From the human T2T-CHM13v2.0 reference genome, Homo sapiens: DNA of 64,000 bases. The number at the start of each line of letters is the position of its first letter. Positions within the stretch are counted from its first letter, which is position 1. Location: NCBI RefSeq assembly GCF_009914755.1, contig NC_060926.1, one strand, 5' to 3'. This document shows positions 13,000-27,432 of the stretch, piece after piece. The notes beneath the pieces were generated by a model that searched no databases, had not been told where the DNA came from, and saw only the letters and a list, made by a program, of their open reading frames with translations. Position numbers and translations under genes: made by a program.

Positions 13000-13769
13000 A
13001 GATCTTACTTTTTAATGTAATGATTCTGGGATTTCGTTCAAGATAGACTAAAGGGTGGTAAAGACTGAAGTAAGGAGACTAGTGAAGAGGCTATAGCAAG
13101 ACATGGTGGTGACTTACACCAGTATCATAACTGCAGAAGTAATGAGAAGAATTTCCTAACACTCATTCTTGTATATGAGACACACACAATGTCTCGAAGA
13201 TGACTTAAAGAGTTTTGCCTTGAGGAAATGAAAAAATGTAGTTGCCATTTAATAAAATATGTAAAATTTCAGGAGGAATAATTTTCTGGCATTTTGGAAT
13301 GGAAATCAGGAGTTGGTAGCAGTCATGCTAATGTTTGGATGTTTACAATTTCATAATGTAGTCTCTATTAACCTTACAAGTCCTGTGGTATTGAACATAA
13401 ATTTCTATTATCCTTTAGAAGCTTCAAAGCACTAATATTTTATAACCATTAAATTTTTACTTGAAACATTTTGGATCAAATTTCTTATTGTTTTTGTTTT
13501 TCTACTTTTCACATAGAACTCAAAAAATGGACTTTTAACCTTGGTAGTAATCAGAGGGAGTCTTGAATTTGAAGTGATGCTAAACACCCACACTTCATTT
13601 GCATTTATTTACTGCCTTTATTTTTGCAATTTTTAATTTCATAAAGTGTCTCAGGACTTCCTATAAAGGTGTACGTATAAAAATAGTCTCATATAATCAC
13701 ACCTTGCAGAGATAACTATTGTTTTCATTCATATTCTTTCTTATCACTCCATAATCCATTCACAACTCA

Positions 13770-13900
13770 CACTTGTGTATTTATTGTGAGAATGTTATAT
13801 ACCAGGAACTGTACTAAATGCTTTACACGGATTGGCTAGTTTAAGTCATACAACAGCCTTTTATCAGTCATGTTATTACTTGCAGATAATGAAAACAAAC
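13770..13900 (-). mobile_element. MIR SINE
   Basis: ccaggaactgtactaaatgctttaca...ttgcagataatgaaaac. Confidence 0.6.
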
Positions 13901-14699
13901 CACGTAGTTTACACATTAAAAAAAGTATTAAAGAATATCAACTTAAAGATTTCCCAGAAATTGCAAATCATGCTGAGGTGCTGTACAGATGGACAATGTC
14001 CAAGACTGCAGGACATATTTGGTCTGATAGAAAGGTCACAATTGCTTCTGCGATTCACAGACAATGCATGTGACACCACCAATTCTCCTAGCACTGGACA
14101 CTGGATATTACCTCTGAAATGTTTGCATCTGCTTTCCATGGACACCTATACATGATAAATTTTCTTACAATAGAGTAAGTGTGTTCAAATTCTGGGAAAC
14201 CAAAAATACTACTGGAATGGTCCACGTCTTAGACTGCCCAATACCAGTGTATTAATATGTACTCAGTAATAGAGACTCAGATAATAAAACCAACCCCTGA
14301 TAAGCAGGCAAATAGGAAAGCAAGACTAATTTATTGTCTCTGCAAAAGAGGGTCATCCAAATAGTTATTATTTTTATGTTGAGCTGCAGCTCTCATCAGC
14401 AGGTGATTGTGATTCTTCTATAATTTCATTACAATTTACCTCAAGGGACTAAATTGGGAAGGTCACCACCATCAATGAACTCCTTTTTAAAAAATTACTA
14501 GGGAAAAGAGAGAGGAGAAACACACAAACACACACACACAATAGTTAGCATAGCCAATCATATACAAGACCCTGCACAGCATCCATGCTGGCAAGGGTGG
14601 TGGCAGTTACCTCCAGTATTCAAAAGCATCAAAAATACATAGTTATTAGGTTATTAAACAGAAATACCAAAATTTATGATAAGCACTGCCGAGGAGTGG

Positions 14700-14870
14700 G
14701 TTATATTTCTAGCTCTGAAATCTAGGATCCATCTCTTACGTGTTCTGTGTGCTGGGGAAAGTTGCTTAACCTCACTAGCCTTCAGTTTCTTCATCTCTAA
14801 AATAGAGACATCAATAATATACCTATCTGATAGAACTATTATTGTAATAATATGAAATAATGCATGTGTC
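14700..14870 (+). mobile_element. MIR SINE
   Basis: aagttgcttaacctcactagccttcagtttcttcatctctaaaatagag core. Confidence 0.75.
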
Positions 14871-15736
14871 TTCTATTCAAATGTAACTTGTTTGTGAATT
14901 AAATTACACTATGGGTACATCTGATTATCTGACTGGCCCTGAAGAGGACCATGTTTGGCTGCTCTTGCGAGTAAATCAGTAACTCAACAGTGGCAGTAGC
15001 CAAATGAGTGATAATGAGGTGAAGTTTCAACAGCAGAGGTTGCAATACTTTACGTGTTGTATATAACTCAGGATTCTTTCAGCAAAAGAATTGTTATGAC
15101 TATAAAAACTAAGAAAACAAATTTAAAAATAGTTTTCTAGTGGAAAAATGCAAAGATATACTTTATATCTGTTTTGTTTTTGTAGCATATATAATAGAGA
15201 AGTAGTGTGGGAAAGGTCACACATTGATACAGCAGAAGCATTGGAATAATAATTATGTCTAGCAATTAGCAAACATCTATCATAGTTCAGATACTATACT
15301 AAGCACTTTACATATATAATTTCGTGTAATCAACATAGCAATTTTTGAAAATTGTGGAATTGAATATTAGAGAATATAAGTACCTTGCCCTAAAGTACAC
15401 AATTTAAAATGGCCATCTAACTTCTATATTATCGTGGTAAATCAGGCACTTAATGATCAGATATGTAATATCTACTTTCTGCCATAGTGCATTCCTATAA
15501 ACTGCAAGACAAAGCAAATAATTGTAAAATGAATGGTATTTTCACAAAGAAACAATGCCATTATTGAAAATTGTGTTCTTAACCAATAATATGACATTGA
15601 AGACATCATGTATATATAATCAAGAATATGTCATAAGAACAAAGAAACCGTGACCATAAAATGTGCTAAATCTGATAGATATTAATTAATTATGTATTTG
15701 ATGAGTAATAATGCTGCTTCTCTTTTTTGAACTTAG

Positions 15737-15845
15737 GATCTTGAGGAATATTTTCAGTGGCTTTTATCTCTAAGAAAACTCTCAAGTGGGGAAAAAAAGC
15801 AACTTCAAAGCTTTCTTCTTTCTTGATAAATGTCCTTTACTTTTG
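15737..15845 (+). pseudogene. Candidate THADA-like pseudo-exon
   Basis: Pyrimidine tract plus ttag acceptor; reads DLEEYFQWLLSLRKLSSGEKKQLQSFLLS**; position is collinear but similarity is weak and the donor is unclear. Confidence 0.25.
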
Positions 15846-16289
15846 TAGTCATTTAGAACTACTCCACTGACTATCTTTTTAAGTTGCTATGATAGCATCT
15901 AATATTGGGGAAAAAAAGAAAAAAAAAAGCTTTGAATGTAGTAATGTAGAAGACCTAATTTCTAGGTTCGTCTCTGCTGGAAATTACCTACAACGCCCAA
16001 GCAGTAGTGCTTCTTTTCTGTTCCTGACTTTCTCCATTTCTACGAAGACACTAGATTTGGTGAACTCTAAAGGCTCTTTCAGGGATAGAACTTTCTAGAA
16101 ACTGGTATAGAGTACCCAGTCCTTGGATACTGATCTAAGTTGTTGGAGAGCAGACGTTTTCTCAGTCTGGTTCTGTTGACTATTGATTCTTATTTGTCTG
16201 TTCTTACCACAGGATCAAATCATGAAGGGAATCTCTTCCAGGTTATATGACTTGCTTTGGTCATAACTAGTGTTTACAGACACATAGTA

Positions 16290-16490
16290 TGATATGTCAT
16301 AGTAAAATAAGAAGGAATCTAGAAGTTTTGAATTCAAATCCTGTTTCTTCATTTACTGAGTGACCTTCAACTAAGTCACTTAACCTCCTTAAACCTAGAA
16401 TTTCCCATTAATAAAACAGAGGGGATAGTTCTTTTCCTACAGGGTAATGATAAAAATTATGTAAATAATGTATGAAAACATCTTGTGTGT
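16290..16490 (+). mobile_element. MIR SINE
   Basis: ttcaaatcctg...gtgaccttc...aagtcacttaacctc. Confidence 0.7.
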
Positions 16491-16766
16491 ATCTATCTCC
16501 TTATGATAGTTATAGGCTGATGTAGAAAGTCAAACCCACGGGCATCTTGATAATTTGTTAGAAAGCCACTCCCTAATGGGACAATGTGCCTAGACAAAAG
16601 AGTTTGGAAGTAAGGTAGAGATGCTAATTAGCTGTCAACTGATTTTGAACTGATCAACATAACAAAGCTTAAATAGACTCTATTGCTATTATCAGTGCCT
16701 GTTAATTCACTCAGAGTATGTGAGCAAACTATAAACCTGCAAAGGATTACAGAGGATGCTTAGCGC

Positions 16767-16943
16767 AGTGAAGCCCTGTACTGAATGAACAAATAAGCCC
16801 CCAGGGAAGCTTTTAAAAATTACCAGTTTCTAGAGCCGGTCCCTGGACATTATGATTCAATAGATGAAGTGTGGTGGCTAGGAGTTTGCATGTTAAAGAA
16901 TCTTCGTAGAATATCAATGAACAGCCAAGATTGAGAACACCTG
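16767..16943. mobile_element. MER5A-like hAT-Charlie element
   Basis: gggaagcttttaaaaattacc...tgattcaatag...cagccaagattgagaac. Confidence 0.6.
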
Positions 16944-17524
16944 AACTGATCAGATTCCTCATTTTACAAGTGAGGAGTATCTGGCAGAGGGAGGAAGATT
17001 GAGATCCCAAAGCAGGAACTTGAAAAAAAGTTCTCCTGATACTTAATCCTTTGTTCTTTCCATAATATCACATGGCAAAAGACAGATAGTAGAGTCAGTG
17101 GTATTTCCTGCAAGCCAGGACCATTGTATATGGTATCCTGGCTGTCTATGCTGAAGTCAGGTTTATGTTCTCATGCACATAATGTGAGCCATGGAGTGCT
17201 GGGGCCATTTGTCAGAGACAACCTTCTACAATGTCACATTACCAGGTTGTCAATAGTGTACACTCACCTGAGGTAGGCTGCCACATTAAAATGGGACACA
17301 ATGACAGGGGAGAATCTAGATGTAAAATTGAAAGAGTCAGAAACTGCCCACAGTCAGAGGAAGAAATAAGAAGTGGAAGCCTGGAGGCATTTTCTGATAT
17401 TGCCTTGGTGTTTGATTGTGATTCTGTTTCTAGGCATAGCAAAAGGAAACAAGACTGACTTGATGGTCAAGGTGATGTAAGTAGATCAGCTGGCTTCCCC
17501 AATTTTTTTGAAACCAAAAAAGTA

Positions 17525-17868
<344 letters not shown>

Positions 17869-19854
17869 TTATAAAGTTCATTACCAGAAAGTTTATATCT
17901 TGGTCAAATATATTTACCTAAAAAGTGGAATATGAATATTAAGATACAGTATTAATAAAGTCATTAAAACTCATGATTTGAGAGAAACTAGATCTGTAGT
18001 TAGAGGCAACAACAGTTTATTGCATGGAAAAATCTTTCCAATTTTTAGTTCTGGTTAAAATCCTTCTGGGGTAGCGGCTTTTTGTTTCTAACTTTAAAAA
18101 GTTCCCATACACAATCAATTGTACTATTTTATTCATTTTGAAATGTTTGACAGTGGAAGGACTGGGAATTGAAAGACTTTGATTGCAATCCTGACTTGCC
18201 GTGGACCAATGTCATGACCTTGCAGAAGTTCCTTTTCCCTAGACTGGTCCCCATTGTACTCACTGGAAAGACATGATCTCAAAGGGCTCTTCAACTCTAA
18301 GAGTCAGTAAGAGCAAAGGTTTGGGCAGAGATGAAAATAAGATAGCAGGGTGCATCTGGGAGGTGGAGGATGGAATTGAATCTGATCCCAATGCATCTGT
18401 GGGGATCAGAGCTAAAATCAATAATGTATGCTGTTGTTTCTTTTTATCTTTTTTTCTTTTTTTTCTCCTAATGTCTTTCCCCATCTTTTCCTGCCTTTTT
18501 AATATTATGTCTCCTAACTCTAGCTTTAACTCCTGAATTATATTAGGATTTTGTTAAAGTTCATACATTTTAAGCAAAGAGATGTAGAAAATTGTTAAGG
18601 CTTAAAATGAATTTCAACACTCAGTAATTGCATATCCTCTGCTTCCTACTGGAAGAGAAAGAAACTTTTCGTGGACTGGAGGGCAGGAGAATGAGAAAAA
18701 ATGTGTTTTCTTCAAATTTCTATGAAAATGTGACAGCATTCATAGGGAGACAAAAAAAATAAATTAGAAAACCTGATAATCCTTCTGGAGCAGTGCTTTT
18801 TCTTTCATGAAAGGCATTGTGAATCTTCACCCATAGAAACATTTTGAGCACAATTGAATGCATTTGTAATTTTTGAATCCTATATTTGAAAAACATTTGA
18901 AAGCCAAAGTACTAAAATCTAAAGAAAATGCTTTTCTATCGGCCTCCTATCATATTTTTATACTGTGATAGTTACATAACTTGAAACATGGTGTTTTTAA
19001 TGTAGTATTCTCAAGCAATTGTTTAGGGAACAAAGACTCACCGTATGGTACACTGGAAAATACAGCAGAAATTTTGAAATCAGAACAAACTGGACTGCAA
19101 TCTCCCTCCCACTTCATAGGTATAACAATTTTGGAAAATCACTAAGCTCCTAGTTTTCTTACTTGCTTCTCGTGAAGGTAGAGTGTAATATTTGTACAAG
19201 CTCTTTATGAACAATACAGGTTACAAGAGAAAGGGAATGTGTTGCCAGCCAATCAGCTCCTCAAATGTGCTTTCATTGGGTGGCAACATCTCTAATGTGA
19301 AATTGATATTATCTATATGTGATTACTAAGATCATGACGGAGGTGATTCTTTTGAAGTATCCTCAGTGCAGGGTTTGGCACAGACTAGTTACTCAATACA
19401 TATATTCTAGCCTTTTCTTTTTTTGCTTACACAACGTTAACTTATGGGTATAATAGTTTAATTATCACATGATCACACTTGAGTTGTTATTCAGAATAAT
19501 TTTGTCCTCAGCAAATAATCAGAACATTAATAGGCAATGCAGATAGAGAGTTTATGAGTGAATGACAGCAACTGGCCCAACTTCTTCAGCACTAGGTTTC
19601 TAATAATTCAAGCCTGCAGATTGTGCTGTATTTTTATTCATTTGCACTGCAAAGTTTTTTTTTTCTGTTAAATCCTTGTTATTTGGCCCTGCATCATTTC
19701 AGTAAAATAAACTTGGCTCCATCAAATTCATTAGGCAAGCTATGATGTGGGAAAAGTCAAAATTTATCTTCCCTGAAGCTACTTTCAGACAGTACCTTAA
19801 GCTGGGCATTTTAAAGTGGTGTCAGATAAACTTGGCAGCCGTTTCTTTCCACAG

Positions 19855-19993
19855 ATATTCTTAGTTGAAGCTTTTGGTCTCTTCTTCACTCATGGGATGG
19901 TTCCTCTTGCCCTGGTTGCAGAATAGCGTTCGAGCAGTGAGGATTCTCAGCTTTTCTGTTTTACAGCCCTAGAGACTTGGCTGCTGCAGCTGG
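19855..19993 (+). pseudogene. THADA-like pseudo-exon candidate with one premature stop
   Basis: Acceptor gtttctttccacag and donor TGG|gtatca; 46 codons IFLVEAFGLFFTHGMVPLALVAE*RSSSEDSQLFCFTALETWLLQL with a single TAG at 19924; assigned by position in the chain. Confidence 0.45.
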
Positions 19994-20977
19994 GTATCAA
20001 GCAATGATTTTCACATGCCTTTTTCATCACTTTTTTTCTAGGAGAAGATTGCTTTTGACATTCATTTTTAAGTTACATGTCGTTTTCCAAGAGTATATCT
20101 CTCACAAAAGCTTTAGAATGCCAGTAATAAATGTATTAGTAGCTAAGAAGCTCAGTCTGGCAACTACCTTGTCTGCTTTAAGTCAGTGTGAAATACTTCC
20201 AATAATTTAACTCTTCTTAAACAATCACTTGATGTAATATTTAAATCTAAACATTAAAATCTTCTGTGGTTTTTGATCTGTATTAGTTCAGTACTACATA
20301 GATTAAATATTTGATATCTGTACCTGAATTTGATCTATACTCAGCCAGCAGGAGAAATCGAAGGGAGCATTAGATACTCGTTTATTTATTTATTTTAATT
20401 TATTCTGAAAAATGATTAACTTACTTATTTGTCAGAATTGATTGTTTAAATGAATTGACTTGATTGTACTCATTTTTTGGTGTTCGGTTAGAATACCCTC
20501 AATTGACAGAGTCACTGGTCCAGCAGCTTACAAGTATAATCAAAATGGCTATCTTATGTAGAAAAGGCAGTAAAGGAATGATATTCACTGGGAGGCCCCT
20601 TGTGTAGGTCAGGAACTATGTTAATTATTACATCTTATTTCATTTAATTCTTGCAATGATCTTAAAAGGTAAATATTATCCTAATTTTCAAAGGAAGCAT
20701 TGGAAGCAGAGAGTATGAGTAACTTCTGCAACACTCTAGAGTCAGGATTCATACTTAAGTCAGACTCCAGTCTACAGGAATGGGCCACAACACCAAGCTC
20801 CTCAATGACTTGTTTTGCTCTTGTCCTATCTTTTGTGCACTTACATCTTTATCACTATGTTCAAAACTAAAATACAATTTTAGTGCTTATTTTATCCAGT
20901 TTTATTTTTTCAGGTTAATACCAGCCACAGAGCAATTTAGATTCCCCATCTCCCTTTGAAAAATATACAATTCAATA

Positions 20978-22185
20978 ACCATACATGTGCATGTGTCTTT
21001 ATAATAGAATGATTTATATTCATTTGGGTATATACCCAGTAATGGGATTGCAGAGTCAAATGGTATTTCTGGGTCTAGATCCTTGAGGAATCGTCATACT
21101 GTTTTCCACAATGGTTGAACTAATTTACACTCCCACCAACAGTGTAAAAGTGTTCCTATTTCTCCATTGCCTCACCAGCATCTATTGTTTCCTGACTTTT
21201 GAATAATCACCATTCTGACTGGCATGAGATGGTATCTCATTGTGGTTTTGATTTGCATTCCTCTGATCATCAGTGATGATGAGCTTTTTTTCATATGTTT
21301 GTTGGCTGCATAAATGTGTTCTTCTGAGAAGTGTCTGTTCATATCCTTTATTCACTTTTTGATGGGTTTTTTTTTCTTGTAAATATGTTTAAGTTCCTTG
21401 TAAATTCTGGATATTAGACCTTTGTCAGATGGGTAGATTGCAAAAATGTTCTCCCATTCTGCAGGTTGCCTGTTCACTCCGATGATAGTTTATTTTGCTG
21501 AGCAGAAGCTCTTTAGTTTAATTAGATTCCATTTGTCAATTTTGGCTTTTGTTGCAATTGCTTTTGGCATTTTTGTCATGAAGTCTTTGCCCGCATCTAT
21601 GTCCTGAATGGTATTGCCAAGCTTTTCTTCTAGGGTTTTTATGGTTTGGGGTTTTACATTGAAGTCTTTAATTTATCTTGAGTTAATTTTTGTATAAGGT
21701 GTAAGGAAGGGGTTTATTGCAGCACTATTTACAATAGCAAAGACATGGAACCAACCCAAATGCCCATCAGTGATAGATTGAATAAATAAAATGTGGTACA
21801 TATACACCATGGAATACTATGCATCCATAAAAAGGAATGAGATCATGTTTTTCCTGGGATGTGGATGAAGTTGGAAGCCATCATCCTTAGCAAACTAACA
21901 CAGAAACAGAAAACCAAACACTGCATGTTCTCACTCATAAATGGGAGTTGAACATTTAGAACATATGGACACAGAGAGGGGAACAACACACACCAGGACC
22001 TGTTGGAGTGTGGAGGGTGAGGGGAGGGAACTTAGAGGATGGATCAATAGGTGCAGCAACCATCATGGCACACATATATCTATATAACAAAACTGCATGT
22101 TCTGCATGCATATCCCATTTTTTTAGAAGAAATGAAGAAAAAATAAAATAAAAAGAGTTTAACTCAGCTTCGTATCCTCAAAAAA
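20978..22185 (+). mobile_element. L1PA (L1PA8-like) with 5' inversion: 20978-21712 antisense, 21713-22154 sense
   Basis: Orientation switches at 21712/21713; the two pieces are adjacent in the L1 consensus; TSD gaaaaatat(a/g)caattcaa at 20958 and ~22188. Confidence 0.93.
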
Positions 22186-24989
22186 GAGAAAAATATGCAA
22201 TTCAAATTTCCCTATGTACAAACTAAATTCTTAAAAAAGTTAAAATTTTGTCTTAAATTACAAATTATAAATGTAAATCTTAAATTATAAATTCTTAAAA
22301 ATACATGTCCCCCGTAGTGAGAAAGAGCTGCAGTTAAAACAGTGGTTAGCAATTCCCAGTCTAGTAGTCTAACAAATAGATACCTTGTACATTCAGTGTT
22401 TTATTTTGCTTTTCATTGTGTTAAATAATTTTTACTAATATTCACAGATTTCAAATGAGGACAATTTAAAAATATAATTAGCTCAGAGCAGAATTCCACA
22501 AAATTAGTCCTTCATGCTTGAACTGAGTGACCTGTTCATGTACTAACAAATATTTCAGTGTCCATCTCTGAAGGGCAAGATTTCAAGTCTCAAAGCTTCT
22601 CACATTGCATGTACTGAGAAACTATACTCCTATGTGATTGTCATAAAACTGAATCCTACCAATGAAGACGAAATGATAAGAAATTCATAAGTCCTCCTCA
22701 GAGACAGAAAGTACATTCCCACCCTTATCACCTCCCATAATTGTTAAGGATGACAATTATTATAGTTATATTTATTGAACTCATACTATGTGCCAGTAAT
22801 TGTGCTAGGTGCTTTATATACACCCTACTGGCTGCCTTTTTAGGAGGTATTAGTAACCTTATATTCTTTGATTCAGTAATTTCAAATGCGGAGGCTTACA
22901 ACATTTGTCATTCAAAAAAAATCACTCACTGACTCTAAAGTCCATGTTTTTGTCACCATGTTGTAGCTGCTCCATTTAAATAAAGGTGAAAGGAGTTGAG
23001 AGATGTGTCTGCTATGTACAGCATCTGAGATTAAAGAAAAGAAAACAACAGAACAACTAAGAAGTGTCCTTACATTTTTTTTATTCAGAATCAGAATCAA
23101 TCAGTGATGGTTTGTAAACATCTACAGATATGTTTTGCTTCTTTTGTTATTACTTAGGGTGTTGAGAGTTACAGTTTATAGTATCATGTCTTTTTTTTTA
23201 AAGAAAAAAACAATTCTGTCTTTGGAAAAAAAAAATGGAAACCTACTTATAGTTTAAAAGGGTCATTTATATCAAAGCACATAGAGCCAGTTCCTGAGAA
23301 TTTTCACTGATTTTGTGTATGACTTCCCAGAAAAGCCTTGTCCATTCCAATAGGTGACATAAGAAAAAGTGATATTCTGACATTTTCTATTTGCTATAGA
23401 TACATGATTATTAAAATAAATTCATATTGTATTCAATTTTTAAATAATTTGGTAATGTCATTTAATGTCAGTTAGTTAAATCATATAAGCTTATTTGTAA
23501 CTGTTCCTTATATTTTAGAAATGTTAATCCATTATTATTTGTTCTTTTTACTTTTGAGGGTTTTATTTAACTTTTAAGTTCAGGGGTACAAGTGCAGGTT
23601 TGTTACATAAGTAAACTTACGTCATGGGGGGTTATTGTGCAGATTATTTCATCACTCAAGTATGAAGCCTAGTACCCATTAGTTATTTTTCCTGATTCTC
23701 TCCCTCCTGCCACCTTCCACCCTCCGATAGGCCCGAGTGTGTGTTGTTCCTCCCTATGTGTCCATGTATTCTCATTTTTTCACTCCCACTTATAAATGAG
23801 AACATGCAGTATTTGGTTGTCTGTTCCTGCATTCGTTTGCTAAAGATAATGGCCCCTAACTCCATCCATGTTCCTGCAAAGGACATGATCTCATTCCTTT
23901 TATTGGCTGCATAGTATTCCATGGTCTATATGTACCACATTTTATTTATCCAGGCTATCATTGATAGGCATTTAGGTTGTTTCCATGTCTTTGCTCTTGT
24001 GAATAATGCTGCAATGAACGTACACATGCATGTGTCTTTTTAATAGAATAATTTATACTCCTTTGAGTATATGCCCAGAAATAGGATTGCTGGGATGAAT
24101 GACATTTCCATCTTTAAGTCTTTGAAGAATCACCACACTGTCTTCCACAATGGTTGAACTAATTTACATTCCCACCAACAGTGTATAAGCATTCCCTTTT
24201 CTCTACAGTCTCACCAGCATCTGTTATTTTTTGAATTTTTAATAATAGCCATTCTGACTGGTTTGAGATGATGTCTCATGGTGGTTTTGATTTGCATCTC
24301 TCCAATGATCAGTGATGTTGAACTTCTTTTCATAGGATTGTGTGGGTCACATGTATGTCTTCTTTTGAGAAGTGTCTGTTCATGTCCATCACCCACTTTT
24401 TAATGAGGTGGGTTTTTTTTTCTTGTAAATTTATTAACTTTCTTATAGATTCAGGATATTAGACCTTTGCTAGACGAATAGTTTGCAGATATTTTCTCCC
24501 ATTCTGTAGGTTGTCGGGTTACTCTATTGACAGTATCCTTGGCTGTGGAGAAGCTCTTAATTTTAATTAGATTCCATTTGTCAATTTTTGCTTTTGTTGC
24601 AATAGGTTTTGGCATCTTCCTCATGAAATCTTTGCCCATGCCTATATCCTGAATGATATTGCCTAAGTTGTCTTCCAGGGTTTTTTTTATAGTTTTGGGT
24701 TTTACATTTCAGTCTTTAATCCATCTTGAATTAATTTTTGTATAAGGTGTAAGAAAGGGGTCCAGTTTTAGTCTTCTGCATACACACAATCCTTTCCCCA
24801 TTGCTTGTTTTTGTCAAGTTTGTCAAAGATCAGATAGCTGTGGGTGTGTGGTCTTATTTCTGGGTTCTCTATTCTGTTCCTTTGATCTATTTGCCTGTTT
24901 TTGTACAAGTATTGTGCTGTTTTGGTTACTGTAGCTCTGTAGTGTTGTTTGAAGTTGGGTAGTGTGATGCCTCCAGCTTTGTTTTTTTT

Positions 24990-24995
24990 GTGTGT

Positions 24996-25032
<37 letters not shown>
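24990..25032. repeat. (TG)n microsatellite inside the L1
   Basis: About 21 TG units with one TA interruption. Confidence 0.97.
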
Positions 25033-25036
<4 letters not shown>

Positions 25037-27057
25037 GCTTAGGACTTCTTTGGCTATTCAGGCTCCTTTTCAGTTCCATATGAAATTTAAAATAGTTTTC
25101 TCCAGTTCTGTGAAGAATATGAATGGCTGTTTAACAAGAATGTCATTAAATCTATAAATTGCTTTGGATGGTATGGTCATTTTAATGATATTGATTCCTC
25201 CTATCTATGAGCATGGAATATTTTTCCATTTGTTCGTGTCATTTATGATTTATTTGAGCAGTGTTTTGTAGTTCTCCTTTTAGAGATCTTTCACCTCCTT
25301 AGTTAGCTGTATTCCTAGGTATTTTATTCTTTTTGTGGCAGTTGTCAATGTGAGTTCATACCTGACTTGGCTTTCAGCTTGACTGTTGTTAGTATACAGG
25401 AATGCTCATGGTTTTTGCACATTGATTTGTGCATACTGAGACTTTGCTGAAGTTGTTTATCAGCTTAAGAAGTGGTTGAGCTGAGACTACAGCATTTTCT
25501 ACAGATAGTATCATGTCATTTACAAACAGTAAGAGTTTGACTTTCTCTCTTTCTATTTAGATGCCTTTTATTTCTTTCTCTTGCCTAATTGCCCTGGCCA
25601 GAACTTCCAATACTATGTTGAATAGGAGTGGTGAGAAAGGGCATCCTTGTCTTTTGCTGGTTTTCAAGGGGAACGATTTCAGCTTTTGCCAATTCAGTAT
25701 GATGTTGGCTATGGGTTTGCCATATATGGCTCTTATTATTTTGTGGTATGTTCTTTCAATAACTAGTTTATTGAGACTTTTTAACATGAATAGATGTTGA
25801 ATTTTTTCAAAAGCCTTTTCTGCATCTATTGAGCTAATCTTGTGGTTTTTGTCTTTAGTTCTGTTCATGTGATGAATCACATGTATTGATTTTCATATGA
25901 TGAACCAACCTTGCATCCTGGCGATAAAGCCTACTTGATCGTGGTGGATAAGCTTTTCTGATGTGCTGCTGGATTCTACTTGCCAGTATTTTGCTGAGGA
26001 TTTTGCATTCATGTTCATCAAAGATATGGGCCTGAAGTTTTCTTTTTTGTTGTATCTCTGGCAGGTTTTGGAATCATGATGTTGCTGGTCTCATACAATG
26101 AGTTAGGGAGGAGTTTCTTCTCAAATTTTTGGAATTGTCTCAGCAGAAATGGCTCCAGCTCTTCTTGGTACAGCTGGTAAAGTTCAGATTTCAATTCATC
26201 TGATCCTGGGCTTTTTTGGGTTGGTAGACTACTTATTACTGTCTCAATTTCAGAACTTGTTATTGATCTGTTCAGAGATTCAATTTCTTCCTGGTTCAAT
26301 CTTGAAAGGGTGTTATTTGTCCAGGAATTTATCCATTTCTTCCAGTTTTTTTTTTTTTTTAGTTTATAAGTATAGAGGTGTTCATAATATCCTCTGGTGG
26401 TTGTTTGTATTTCCGTGAGGTCAGTGGTAATATCCCTTTTGTCATTTCTGATTGTATTTGAACCTTCTTTTTTTTTCTTTATTTGTCTAGCTAGTGATCT
26501 ATCTATTTCATTAATTTTTTTTTTCAAAAAACAAGCTCCTGGATTCACTGATGTTTTGAATAGTTTTTTGCATCTCTATCTCCTTCAGTTCAGCTCTGAT
26601 TTTGGTTACTTTTTTGTCTTCTGCTAGCTTTGGGTTTTGTTTGCTCTTGCTTCTCTAGTTCTTTTAGTTGTGATGTTAGGTTGTTTGAGATCCTTTTACA
26701 TTTTGATGTGGACATTTAATGCTATAAATTTCCCTGTTAACACCGCCTTAGCTGTGTCCCAGAGATTCTGGTATTTTTTTTTCTTTGTTCTGATTGATAA
26801 ATTACAAAGAACTTCTTGATTTCTGCCTTAATTTCATTATTTCCCCCAAAGTCATTCAGGAGTAGGTTGTTCAATTTCCATGTAATTGTGTGGTTTTGAG
26901 TGAATTTCTTAGTCTTGATTTCTAATTTGATTGTGCTGTGGTCTGAGAGAGTAGTTGTTATGATTTTAGTTCTTTTGCATTTGCTAAGGAATGTTTTGCT
27001 TCTGATTATGTGATTGGTATTAGAGTAAGTGCCATGTGGTGATGAGAAGAATGAATG

Positions 27058-27432
27058 TGATATGGTTTGGCTGTGTCCCCATCCAAATCTCATCTTGAAT
27101 TGTAGTTCCCATAATCTCCATGTGTCATGGGAGGGACCTAGTAGGAGGTAATTGAATCATTGGGGTGGTTACCCCCATGCTGCTCTTCTTGTGATAGTGA
27201 GTAAGTTCTCACGAGATCTCATGGTTTTATAAGGGGCTTTTCCTCCTTTTGCTCAATGCTTCTCCTTGCTGCAATGTGAAGAAGGACATGTTTGCTTCCA
27301 TTTCCATCATGATTGTAAGTTTCCTGAGGCCTCCTCAGCCATGCTGAACTGTGAGTCAATTAAACCTCTTTCCTTTTTGAATTACCCAGTTTCAGGTAAT
27401 TCTTTATAGCAGCATGAAACCAGACTAATAAA
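27058..27432 (+). mobile_element. THE1 (THE1C/D-like) MaLR solo LTR inserted in L1 ORF2
   Basis: tgatatggtttggctgtgtcccc...ctttatagcagcatgaaaccagactaata. Confidence 0.93.

Larger units (their letters stand above)
11850..13340 (-). mobile_element. Fragmented L2 hosting an MST LTR and an Alu monomer
   Basis: tcattcaacaaatatttt start and the typical gaagccattgaagggttt...aggaatgatagaatctga motif. Confidence 0.65.

Noticed and set aside
13886-14174. 289-bp AG...gtaagt unit overlapping ORFs 13832-14155 and 13870-14073
   Set aside because: The acceptor derives from an antisense MIR core and no protein similarity was recognised; at most a non-coding exon.
16213-16241. Strong acceptor followed by a 29-bp unit
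   Set aside because: Poor donor and too short to assess.
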